DNA of 64,000 bases from Amoebidium appalachense (lineage: Eukaryota; Protista; Ichthyosporea). The position numbers were made by a program, and so were the translations under genes. The notes under the pieces were generated by a model, which saw nothing but the letters and a program-made list of their open reading frames with translations, was not told where the DNA came from and made no database searches. The DNA is taken from NCBI GenBank assembly GCA_963693365.1, contig CAVNZM010000016.1, positions 6,741,029 through 6,805,028 on the forward strand, given 5' to 3'. Every line of letters starts with the position of its first letter. Within the stretch, counting starts at the first letter, position 1. Positions 14,237 to 34,806 of this stretch are shown one piece after another.

Positions 14237-15007
14237 TTGGTAGTGGTACCCCCTTCCCCCATCGGTTATTTGATTGTATCTTTGCACTCACACAACCCAC
14301 ACATCGCATGCACACACTCGCACTTCGCTTTTACTTTCACATCGAACGCCTACAACGCAGTGCACCCAATCACCCACTGTTCCGTCACCACTTCTCACTC
14401 CCCCGCCCCCCTGACCTCCACCTTTTCCCCAATCCCTCCAAAATCTCTCTGCTTCGTGCCTTTACTTACTGCACTACACTCCCACCCCAACCCAACTTTC
14501 ACGACACTCCCCTCCTACACACACACATATGCATGGACCGTTTTTTACACGCACAACACAAAACACGCATCTCTACCACATTTAACGCAAGCACCCGCAT
14601 ACACAAACCGTATAGTGCAATATGTTTGCTCCACAGGCCGTGAACAACGGTCTCTAGCTGATAGTATCGTGGGTTTCCCTAGTGGTTTACTAGCACAGTG
14701 GTCTCTTCAATGGCGTGGTAATCGGTTCCTAATGTTTCCTAGACGGTGGTGCCCTGGTGGGTCACACCCTTGGTGCCGTAGCTGTGTGGGCCGATGTATT
14801 GTGTTTCCCTTTGTTCCGTTAGCCACCCGAGCCTCCTTTTCTTCCACACTCCTCACCCACCTATCCACGTCTCGTCACCCTGCACAACACTTTACCATCA
14901 TTGGCTTCCTTCTTAACACGGGTGATATTCTCACTGCCCAACTCTGTTTCCAATACCTGCGCGCTCACGTCACACACGTAATACAACCACCCTCCCAACA
15001 TGGTTAA
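14237..15007 (+). pseudogene. 3' fragment of a non-LTR retrotransposon ORF (post-RT region with Cys/His knuckle-like motif)
   Basis: SLADSIV..SLQWRGNRF..CPGGSHPWCRSCVGRC..IIGFLLNT aligns with the neighbouring decayed copy (SLADGII..AIQWRSNKY..CPNNTHC..ILDFILNT). Confidence 0.55.
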
Positions 15008-15449
15008 TTAGCTCCTTTTCTTTCTTCCTTTCTTTCTTCCTTTCTTCCTTTTTTTTTTTTTTTTTTTTTTTTTTTGAGCTGTCTTAGATACATACTGTGT
15101 CTGTAAGGTGTGATACTTTGTAAGGTGTGTGGCTTTAGCGGCCGTGGCCGTGTAGTAGGTACCATCAATAAGGGGTGGCTCCCGTCTGTATTATGATGTA
15201 CATATATCATTAATATGGGGCACATGTTGTGTTTCCGGATTGGCCGGAGGGAGCGGCCAATAAAGTGCAATGATCCCATTCACTACCGGTGTGCTGGTAC
15301 CGCACCAGCGCGCCATATGTACATGTCTGATCGGGGTTTATACACTTTTATTTGCTTGGTAGAGGGCCCAGCGTCGCCATGTCTGACCTTCTGCGTTTTC
15401 CAGCTCAGTCCTACTGGCTAAGCGGGCTACAAAGAGAAAACGGTAGCAC

Positions 15450-16755
<1,306 letters not shown>

Positions 16756-16787
16756 CCAGCTGATACCGAGTGTCCCAGGGGAGCCCG

Positions 16788-16830
<43 letters not shown>

Positions 16831-16972
16831 GGGGAACCCAACTAATTGATTTTTCTTAGTCTTTATGGTGCCTCGTAGAGAAAGTGAACCCTGGTATATA
16901 ATCGTAGAGAAAGTAAACCCTGATATATAATCATAATCATCACCCGACATCTATGTACGTGATCATGATATA

Positions 16973-17053
16973 CCGCTGAGGGGATATTCCGAGCAAAAAC
17001 CCCCCATACCTGAGACTGGTCTCTCTTTGCCTCGAGTAGACAGCGTAAACCCC
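16973..17053. repeat. ~80-bp dispersed repeat, second copy at 36292-36371
   Basis: CGCTGAGGG(G)ATATTCCGAGCAAAAACCC..CATACCTGAGACTGGTCTCTCTTTGCCTCGAGTA.ACAGCGTAAACCCC occurs at both sites. Confidence 0.85.
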
Positions 17054-17988
17054 ATCCGGATATCTGGCCCAGTGGCCAGTGCCCATGCTCAGTGGTCCCA
17101 AGTTCCCAACACAAACACTTACCATAAATGGTAACTCTAGCACTGATTTGCTAAAACGGTACCATCTTATCTTGTGCCATCAGCTCATAGCCAATCAAAC
17201 CGCATTTGCGCTTACGCGGCTGAGCCGGCTCATAAAATGTTTAAAAGCACATGCGAGAAAACACGGGGGTGAATTTACGGTTGCATAAGGACTGTGTGCA
17301 TTTGCGAATACAATTCCTATTTTGAGTCTTTTTCACCTTTTTCTGCTTTTTCTTCATCTTAGCTTTAGGAGATAATTCGTTTTTGCACTTTGTTCCCAGT
17401 AGTTGTTGATACTGAATGTAGCATAGCGTCAGCTCGAACAGTCTTCTTGCGGATTCCGGGTTATTCCCCGGCCCTGGGGCTAAAGGACAGGTTAAGTCTG
17501 GGTTCATTTTTTGCTGTTGTTTTTTGGCGCAAAAGTTTTCAGCCCACCTAGCTCCTTTCTATTTGTGTCCCCCTGTTAAAGTATTGAATCTGCTTGGTGT
17601 TTATGGTTTATTGTGTTCAATATTCGAATGACACACTTGCAAGTGGCAACGTTTCCCCACTGACACGATAGCTAACAGAAGAAGGCCCCTTTCTCTACCC
17701 TACCGTCTGATATTGACAGATCCAATATTTTCTTATGCTTTCGACCACTCAACTGCTTTATTGCGAAACCACTTTTCTTTCTAAGCAAAAGGCACACTCC
17801 TACTATATCTTTTTACACACGAAGCATAGCTATTAAACGTTATCATATAGGCCAGCAATAGGACCTGCCATTAATGGGCCCGTAAACTCCCTGACCTCTG
17901 TTCAGCTCCAGCAGTTTCAGTCACACCGTTGCTGCGCAATCGAACCAACCTCTCTCGTTTGTTTTTTGGTTTTTCGAGAGCAAAGAGA

Positions 17989-24758
<6,770 letters not shown>

Positions 24759-25014
24759 TTTACATGATTGTATGTTATAAAATTGTTTTACATCGTCATT
24801 TTGCTCTTTTAGAAACTCGAGACTTAATGGTTTTATCAACCCCAATTTATCGCGTGTACAATAAAAGTATTCTCATTAACTCATTAACTCATGATCACAC
24901 TTAACTGGAAGATTGGGATCCTGCGTGCAACAGGACACAACATGTCTATATAGACTGCACCGCACACACATGCGCGTGCGCGCACACACACACACACACG
25001 AGCGTGCGCGCGCA

Positions 25015-25066
<52 letters not shown>

Positions 25067-26223
25067 TACATGGGTGGAGAGGGAAAGAGAGCGAGAGACA
25101 TTCACGCGCACACACCCATAAACACTCGATGAGTTATGATAACTTGAAGGTTACAACACATATGCATGCACATAATTTTATGTGCACCGAATGTACCGCG
25201 AAGGCTTAAAATCTGTGTGTGCTGGAAATTATCCGCTGTAGGTAACCTGCTCTCACATGTAAAGCAATGCACACATGCAAGCATGAATCACAGTACGGTA
25301 GTGTGTGTGTGCTGTACACGATTATTCACCCACAAGTATCATAGCGATATGAACAAATGTTTAACCTAGTTCAACGTGTTTCTGCAGGATTGCCATTCCA
25401 ATTTCCCCTTTTTTAAAAAATGAAATGAATGACTGGCTATGTACTGTTATTACGAAAGTTTCCGGACAATTTCAAACACGGGGAAAAAGGGGGGGGGGGG
25501 GGGGGGGGGAGGGGGGGGGGGGAGGCTTTAGACAAGTGTCTACTCCGTGCCGTTGGTGGGCATAATGAAACTACGAACACAAACTGTTACGCAAACGCTT
25601 CCACATCGTGCCGACGTTGGTGGTGGTGGCATAAAAAAAGCTGGCGGATCGAAAAGCGTCTAGTCGCTGCAGTCTGTTACCCCCCCCCCCCCCCCCCCCC
25701 CCCTCCCCGCTCCCCCCACCCCCTCCCCACACACACACACCCCTGGGCGTCCACCACCACCACCTCTGTTTTCCCCCCCTCCCTGGCTCTACCTGCTGTT
25801 GGCATTTGGTTATCTCTGTACAATAACGTACAACGCCAGGTTGGCCGTGCCAGATTTTAATTTAAAGTGACAGACTCCCATAAAGACGAATTCTACGTTG
25901 ACATGCCGTTGCAGGTTTAAATATTCCTATTTTTTTCTTAACATCTATAAATACTTTTTTGGGGGGGCCAAATTTCCCGCCCAGATTTCCATATATGGCT
26001 AATCAGTCAGAGCGGGTGCTGATTATTGGTCAATGAGATTTTTTTAAAAATAAATTGCGGGAAAAAAAAAAAAAAGGCGATATTCCTACCTTCTTTTTAA
26101 AAAATCTCAGGTCACCTCGATCAGTATGAACATTACCAATGCCAATGGCGGAAAACAGGTAACCTCGTTCTGCTCTTGAATCCTGTGGTGGTGATACCGG
26201 TGGCCCTTCAGACAGGGCTGCAC

Positions 26224-26300
<77 letters not shown>

Positions 26301-26798
26301 GACTCTGTGAGTGTGTGTGTGTGTGTGTGGGGGGGGGGGGGTCGGCCGAGGGCTCGGTTGGCAGTAGGTATCTGCAATTTTTCTATTTTTTTGGACCCTA
26401 ATCGTCTACAGTATCATCGGGACAGGGTACATCGGTCTAATTGATACGAGTTTTGCGACCTGATGTTCATTAGGTGCAAGAAGAAAATGTTAAGAAAAAA
26501 CGAGAGAGAAAAAAGGCGCCAAGGCCTACCGCGAACGGATCACCATGAATGCTAAATCCCACGGCCTTAGTAGATCATAAATTCTGCGGGTGTTCGATTT
26601 CCTATGCAGTGTTATAGTGACAATATAAAATTTAATCTCGGCTTACTATAAATTGAGCAGTGCATACTTTGGCATTATGCATACATACGTGCCAGAAACA
26701 GGTGATGCTCTGAGGCTGCTAATACGCACTTGTGCGGACAGGCAACAGGCACAGACAAACGCCCATAGGCAGATGGGCATGGCAAACTCCTCGACCTT

Positions 26799-26875
<77 letters not shown>

Positions 26876-27138
26876 CACAACACACACACACACACACACA
26901 CATACATACACACACACACACATACATGCACACACACACACAGGCACGTCACATGCATACAAACAGACACATGCACACACGCTCACACACACAGTGTGCG
27001 TGTCACACACGCACACACAGACATACACACTCTGACCGTGCACACATACAACTCACAATACACACACACACGCAAGCACACATACTCACACACACACACA
27101 TACTCACACACACACACACACACACACTCTCTCTCTCT

Positions 27139-27189
<51 letters not shown>

Positions 27190-27782
27190 CTCCCCCCCCC
27201 CCCCCCCCTCCCTCTCTCTCTCTGGCACACACGCACGTCACTACACACACACACACACACACACACACTGGCACACATGTGCACACACGTCAACACACAC
27301 GCACCGTACAGGTGTACACACACACGCGCGCGCGCGCACACACACACACACACACGCACGCACGCACGCCCGTGAGCTTGGCGTGTCGGACGACTGCTTT
27401 TATAAATCCCGTGCCGCACACTGTGTGCAGGTGTGCGGTGCCAGATCGCTGTGGGTACGCTCTACCACCCACAACAGCAACGCCTATCTATGGAAACCGA
27501 GTGGTGAGTGTGTGTGTGGGGTACTCACACGCAGGCATTGGTGTGTGCTGTGTGTGTTTTTGTGTGCGTTTTTGCTCGTGTGTGTGTGTGTGTGTGTGTT
27601 TGTGTGTTTCGTCACAAGGCCTTAGTAAATGTTGGACCTGTGTCGTCACAAGGCCTTAGTAAATGTTGGACCTGTGTATATATCAATGTACTGTAATAAT
27701 GTACACGTGTATGTGTACGCGTGTGTGCGCCGGGGTGTGTGTGTGTGTGTGCCGGCGTGTGTGTCCGTGTGCGTGTGCGTGG

Positions 27783-27818
<36 letters not shown>

Positions 27819-28731
27819 GCGTGGGTGTGTGTGCTTTTTTTTGGTGTGTGCCACGGTGTGTGTGCATGCTTGTGTGTGCCTCAGTTCGTGTCTGCTTCGC
27901 GTGTGCGCGCGTGTGTGTCTGTGTGTGTGCGTTTGCGTGCCAGGCCCGTGTCGTCATGTGTGCGAGCCTGCGTTTGCACATGTGCGTCCCGGGGTGGGCC
28001 AGTGTGCGCAAGTGTGTGTTTACGTACGTACATGTGTGTGTGTATGCGTGTGCGTGTGTGTGTGTGTGTCTGTATGACATGTGTGTCGGATGTCACCTAT
28101 GCAGCCTGATTGCCCTGCATCAATCGATCAATTGTCTTCGTACCCAATGACTACGTTTTTTTTTTGCTTGCGGGTGAACTTGAGCTCTGTGCACAAAGCC
28201 TCTCGGATGCGGCAGCATGCATATGGCCGTGGGCCCGCCCGGGCCCGGGCCGCGGGCCGGCCGGCGGCCGCGGCCAGCTCAGGCCGGCCCGGTTGGGCAA
28301 TAGATCAAGTAAATTCCACTGTGGGCCAATCGCATAGCGATAAATGCTTACAGCAAATCACGGCCGAATACCAGTAACCAAATCGAGAGCCATTTTGTAA
28401 CCATTTCCTGCTTTCCACTCGCGCTCCAATTGAGGGGTCTGCCTAACCAAGATACAATTCATGGAAAGTATTGTTATTGATTTGAAATATTTTGTTAATT
28501 ATTTTTAGAACTTTTCCTTAGCTGCATGGCATAAAATGCATTATATTAAACCATATAAAGCAATTAGAAGATGTTTCATTACCTTTATCGGCTGTTTCCA
28601 TGTAGGCAAATATTTTTTGAGAAATATATTAGGTTTAAAATTTAGAATTTTATTGGGGTTCATGCTAGATCTTCAGATCATCCACGTGTACAGGTGGCGA
28701 TGTGCACACGTGACAGAAGCACCCGCGACCG

Positions 28732-28740
28732 TATATAAAA
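28732..28740 (+). promoter_or_regulatory. TATA-like box upstream of the helicase
   Basis: TATATAAAA about 140 bp before the ATG; position only. Confidence 0.4.
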
Positions 28741-28872
28741 TGCGCATTCATCGCCCACTTTCATAAGATGTTTCTCTGTTCGCTTTTTTTCTGTCTGGCC
28801 AACATTCTGCACATGCAAACATTCCCGCGACTAAGTAGCATTTAGTTTTTTCTGGAGATACTAACCGGCAAA

Positions 28873-29870
28873 ATGCCTGGCCTTACCAGCGACCAAGAGC
28901 CTGCGGTCAAGACCAAACTCTCGAAGTCGAAAACCGAACCCAAAAAGACGAAAAAGCGCATTAGCAGCGATGATGATGATGAGGTGGTGGTTGTGAAGAA
29001 GAGAAAGGTAGAGAACGTGGATGCAGTCGTTGTAAAGAAAAACGAGGAGCCATCGAGTGGTTCGGACAGCGAAAGGGCGGCGGAGTTCATGGCCAAGCAC
29101 AGCATCAAGCTGAGCGAGAAAGATCTACCCCCCTGCTATCTTGATTTCAGCGCTCTCCCCTATCATCTTAGCACTCTTCTCACCAAGGTTGGCTACACCG
29201 CCCCAACACCCATCCAGGCCCAAGCTTGGCCCATTCTGCGCCAAGGAAGAGACATCGTGGCTGTGGCCAAGACTGGATCGGGTAAAACATGTGGTTTTCT
29301 GGTGCCAGCAATTATGCACGTGCAGGCAAAGAGGCAGAAGGGGCGCTATGGCGATGCACCCATCACCCTCGTCCTTGCACCAACAAGAGAGCTTGCCAAC
29401 CAGGTACTTAACCACCCCCTTCCCCCTCCCTCCCCCCAACTTCCCCCCCCCCCCCCCCCCCCCCCAACTCACCCCCCTCCCCCCCCCCCCCCCCCTCTTC
29501 CCCAACACAAATGCACACACCCTCACCACCACCACCACCGCCATCTCACCCAAGTCCACATGTTTCCTTCACTTTATATCGCTTGCCTGTTTCTGCTTGT
29601 GCCTGCCTATGCCCTGCCTCTGTCGTGTCTCGACTCTCAGGGTTCGCCTGCACCTGCATTTCCCTGCCAACTCCCCCCCTCCTCCCCCCCCCCCCCCAAA
29701 GAAAAAAAAAAAATAAACCTTCTTTTCATCGTTTAAGTACTTTTACTGTTATGGCATCCCCTTTTCCTTCTGTTGGCTCGGCTACACTGTAGTCTCCTCA
29801 CCTCCTTACTGATCCCCCCTCTCCCTTTCCCCCGCCGCCCCCCCCTGCCCCTCCTGAATGCACACGTCCG

Positions 29871-29908
<38 letters not shown>

Positions 29909-31421
29909 TCGAGACGGAAGCCAACAAGTTCTGCGGAGAGCTCAACCTCCGTGCCACGTGTGTGTACGGGGGGGTGCCAAGAGGCCCGCAAATTGGGGGG
30001 TGCCGCCAGGGTGCTGATATTCTCATTGCAACCCCGGGCCGGTTGCTGGATTTCGAGGGGTTCAAGCAGGTCAAGCTGGATCAGGTTTCCTATTTGGGTA
30101 AGGGCCAGTTTCCTAATATCGAAAGTGTGAGCGGCAGCTTCCTTGTATAGCAGGTGTGAGTGCTAGTTTCCTAATAAGGCAGGTGTGAACGGAACTGTGG
30201 GAAGAGGATTATTTAGTTGTTGCTGGATGGAGTGTTTGTTTGGATAATGTGTGGAACTGTTGTGTGCGTTGAATGATGGGGTGTTGATGTCGCGGCCAAT
30301 ACATGCAGGTTTTTGGAGCACACGAGCGTATTTAATCAACCGATTTAGTAGGAAATGGTAAAGGTGTTCAGTTGGTCAAATAGCGACCGTGATAAAGTGT
30401 TTGTTGAACTAACTTTAAATTTAATGGTCCAACAGTATTGGACGAGGCTGACCGGATGCTGGACATGGGTTTCGAGGCCGACATGCGCAAAATCATCGGG
30501 CTGCTGCCGGAACACCAGACGTAAGAGCCTCTGATTTTACGTTGTGATTGTTTTTAGTCTTCTTCATCACTTTCAGGTTCCCTTCTCTAGGAGTTTGTTA
30601 GTTGTGACCTCAGCCTGTTTGTGTCGATTTGGATTGTGGTCGGTGTTTGGTTGTAGGAGCGCTGTTTTGTGTTTTGGTTTGTGGGGGTGTTTTTCACCCC
30701 CTGCTTTTTGTGTGTGTGAGTGTGTGTTTGAGGGCAGGGGAGGGGGGGTGGGGGGTGGGCCGAGCGGAAACGAGGGAGGGAAAGCATGTGTGCACGACAA
30801 GCGCATCTGTTCCACAACTGACAAAGAACCCCCCCCCCCCCACACACACACACACAGTGTGTTCTTCACAGCCACGTGGCCAAAGGAGGTGCGGAAGATT
30901 GCCACGGAATTTTCCAAGAATGCGGTGCAGGTGCACATTGGCGACACATCCAATCAGCTCGTGGCAAGCACCAACGTCACACAGGTACATGCCTGCACAC
31001 CCCTACATCAACCCACCCCTTTCCCATCAACCCTATTTTTAGAATGTTAATGTGTTGCAAATCCAGCACATGTATGCATCCACAAGCACACACACGTGCG
31101 CACGAAAGCATGCGCACAGGCCTGGCGTGTGCACGCGCGCACACAAGCATGTGCACACACAGACTCACATACACGTGAAAGCAAGCATGTGCACACACAC
31201 ACACATACACGTGCAAGCAAGCATGTGCACACACACACATACACGTGCAAGCAAGCATGTGCACACACACACACACATACACGTGCAAGCAAGCATGTGC
31301 ACACACACACATACAAGCACGTGCAAGCAAGCATGTGCATGTGCACCTGTAAGTGCACACAACCTCACCCATGTAGACATGCATATCTCGAACACACACA
31401 CACTCCCAGCAATAGGGTTTC

Positions 31422-31468
<47 letters not shown>

Positions 31469-31822
31469 CCGCGCTTTTCCTCCTCCCCTTTCATCCCCTT
31501 TCGACGTTGGTTTTCAAACAGCCCCCACTAACCTCCCCCCCCCCCTCCCCCCCCCCTCTCCTCTCTCCTCCCCCCCCCTCCCCCCCCCCCCCCCCCCCCC
31601 CCCAAACACACAGATTGTTCACGTGATGACGGAAGACGAGAAAAAGGACCGTCTGCACAGCCTGTTGCTTCAGGATGGTGGTGCCATAGGAGGCAGCAAG
31701 ACAATCATCTTCACACGCACAAAGAGGAACTGTGACTGGCTGGCTAGGACTCTGAGGCAGGGGAGGTTCAGCGCACAGGCACTGCATGGGGATATGGCGC
31801 AGGAGGACAGAGGTACGTACGT

Positions 31823-31853
<31 letters not shown>

Positions 31854-32361
31854 GGGGGGGAGGGGTGTGTGTGTGTGTGCGTGTGCGTGTTTTTTTTTTT
31901 TTTTTGGGGGGGGGGGGGGGCTTGGGTGTGTGTGTGGGGGGGGGGAGGGGGGGTTAGTGTGTGCCGTGGTGTGTGTTTGTGTTTAAGGTTGGGTAGGTGT
32001 GTTGTGGATGTCGGTGTGTGTGTGTGTGTGTTGGGGAAGTGGAGGCGATGGGGAGCGCGTGTGTGTCTGCATCTGCTCGTGTGTGTGTGTGCGGCCACAG
32101 CACCCAATTTTTATGTTCCGCGTGCAGACTCATTTTTGCGTGTTCACGCACGTGCCTTTCTATTTGTGTGGATGTGTGTTGTACTTCACGCCGGTTATGT
32201 GTGTGCATTTAAGTTGCAGATTTGTCTTGCCTATCACATATGCTGACAAATACACATATACAGACTGGGTGCTACAGGAATTCAGATCCAACCGCCTTAA
32301 CCTGCTGGTGGCCACTGATGTTGCCGCACGAGGCCTCGACGTCAAAGACATTAAGGTATGT

Positions 32362-32407
<46 letters not shown>

Positions 32408-33109
32408 CTCCCCTCCCCCCTCTTCCCCCCACGCTGCCGCTTGTGCTGGCCCACCCGAGCTGCTTTGTCTCACCCCCTTCTTCCGGTTTCCTGCTTTCAA
32501 GGTTTGTCATGTGGCTGTATAGTTGCAGGCAGGACCGGAAGCTGTTCAAACTGTGTTGCACATGCGTACGGTGTGTGTGTGCGCGCGCGCTATAAGGGGG
32601 AGGAGGGGGGGAAGGGCGGAAACCCCTAGTATGACAACGAAACTGGGAAGCACATATTGCTCGAATGTTTTTTTTTTTTTTTTTTTTGCTCCCTTGCCCT
32701 CTGTTTCTTGCACTCCCATTACTTTTACTAATCAAAAGTTTTTTCCCTCCCCCAACAGACGGTCGTGAACTTTGACTTCCCAAACACTATGGAAGACTAC
32801 ATTCACCGCATCGGTCGCACGGGGAGAGTCGACGCCGTTGGTGTCGCTTACAGTTTCTTCACAGAGGAAACGAACAAGGCACACGCAGCTGAATTGGTGA
32901 AAATCATGAAAAACGCAAAACAGGAAGTTCCCCCCGAACTTCAAAGTGTCGCGTTGAAGAACAGTGGTTATGGAAATAAGAAGGGTGGGAATTGGCGTGG
33001 GGGGTCGGGTGGGTGGAGGGGTGGACGTGGAGGCGGATATGGTGGGAGGGGCGGATATGGTGGTGGGAGGGGTGGAAACGGTGGAAGGGGTGGATTTAGG
33101 AAATATTGA
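28873..33109 (+). CDS. DEAD-box ATP-dependent RNA helicase, Dbp2/p68-Dbp3-like, with Lys-rich N-terminus and RGG tail; exons 28873-29403, 29908-30097, 30436-30520, 30858-30984, 31614-31812, 32264-32355, 32759-33109
   Basis: Q motif [10 protein letters not shown], motif I AKTGSGKT, Ia PTRELA, Ib [39 protein letters not shown] and [10 protein letters not shown]; all exon phases are consistent. Confidence 0.95.
31130..31340. repeat. ~35-bp minisatellite GCAAGCATGTG(CA)nTACACGTGCAA
   Basis: About five imperfect copies in helicase intron 4. Confidence 0.8.
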
Positions 33110-34194
33110 GGGGCTGAAAGGTTTGTGTGTGAGTGGGGAATGGAAATTTGGAAATTTAAAGAAATTCGTGTTTCTTTAATAGTGCGATTGCAGCGAATGT
33201 GCAACGTAGGACCTCACGATAAGAACATTTTTATATATATCCGATACCTGTATGATAAATGATTTTCGCTGGAGATTGTTTTCGATATTGTACATGGCCG
33301 CATGAGTGGAATATAGCCTTCCCCAATATTTCGTTTGCTCTTTTGGCTGTTTTTCTTGGTTTTGACGGTGCGGGATTGGTGATTTTTATGGTTGGGGGGA
33401 GGGGGGAGGGGGGCCGGGGGGGAGGGGGAGGGGAGGGATATTTGCAAAGATATACATGTTATACATGAAATTTCGACGCGTAGGTGTGTTCCGCATAATC
33501 GTTACGCTACTCTTCTCTGATGATTTCTGATTGCAGGAATAGGATGAATGGATCGTACACGTAATCTGATTACCACCTGATTGAAAATTATAAACAGCTA
33601 TTTAAGTTTTTGTGCCAACCCCGCTGGTTCGGGGTTTATAGCTTTTGCAGAGCACAATTCAGACACACCTGTGAGTATGATGTAAGCATGTCCAAAAATC
33701 ACTCTGATTTGCAATAAATATGAAAAAAAGAATAATCAACAAAAATCACTCTGATTAATCAACAAAAATCATTCTGATTTGCAATAAATATGGAAAAAAA
33801 GACAATCATGATCATGAGCCTTGATTGCAAGCCTGACAGCTGCCAGGCGCGGATAGTCACAAGTTGTGTGCCCACCGCGGTGTAGGCTACTGTAAAACTA
33901 TATTCTTTATATTTTCATGATTGCACGTTCAACCTGGTGGACCAGGCCAATTTGGTATAGTTTAGTAACGTTGCAGGAAATTTTGCTTGCGGCATACAAC
34001 TGGGAAGTTTTATATCATCATGGCGACCGCAAGGAGGGTTTGCTTGTGACTGTCACGTGCACTAACACTGAATCAGACTGTCCATTTAATGTACACATGT
34101 ACATGTACGATGTCCCTGCCCGGCAGGAGGGGAGGGGAGGAGGTGGTGGTGCGCGCACCTCTCGAGGTGGTTAATTTCTAGTGGAAAATGATTT

Positions 34195-34366
34195 ATTTCT
34201 GGTGGATAATGAAGATCTATCTCTGGTGGACAACGAAGGGTGGAAAAGAATTTATGATTTCTGGTGGATAATGAATGGCATAATAGATTTCTGGTGGATA
34301 ATGAATGGCATAATAGATTTCTGGTGGATAATGAATGGCATCATAGATTTCTGGTGGACAATGAAG
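34195..34366. repeat. 30-bp minisatellite GATTTCTGGTGGATAATGAATGGCATAATA (3-4 good copies plus degenerate ones)
   Basis: Read directly from the sequence. Confidence 0.9.
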
Positions 34367-34806
34367 GTTTTATTTCTGAGCCTGCTCCCTCGGTTCCAGC
34401 CGGAGAGAGGGTACACCCCCCAGACACAGCCTGGGACCCGTGCAAGCGAGGCACCAGAACCATGTTTTTAGGCTTTCCTGAGCGGGTGCGTGCTAGAAAC
34501 ATAGCAAAAACACGACCAAAACAAATTTGCACACCGGCCAGCCGGTACGGAATGGGAGAGACAAGCCAACCACCACCACCTATCCTATATATGAAACATT
34601 CACATTTTCACCGTCATGGTATGTATGTGCAAAGAACACATTTTCCTACATATTATAATTCGGGTCAGCGAAAAAATGCCACCAAGAGCTTATAAACGCA
34701 AATCGGACACACAGAAACACAGCATTTTCCGTCCAATATACTTTTGTATGTGAACGATGCGGCACTAGCACAGAGAGATAATGGAGAATATGAAATGGAA
34801 GCTGAG

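Noticed and set aside
30864-30885. Helicase motif III reads TAT instead of SAT
   Set aside because: Known variant in Dbp3 and plant RH14/40/46-type helicases.
34195-34366. 30-bp repeats as CRISPR or repeat protein
   Set aside because: Contiguous minisatellite with no unique spacers and no supported gene model.
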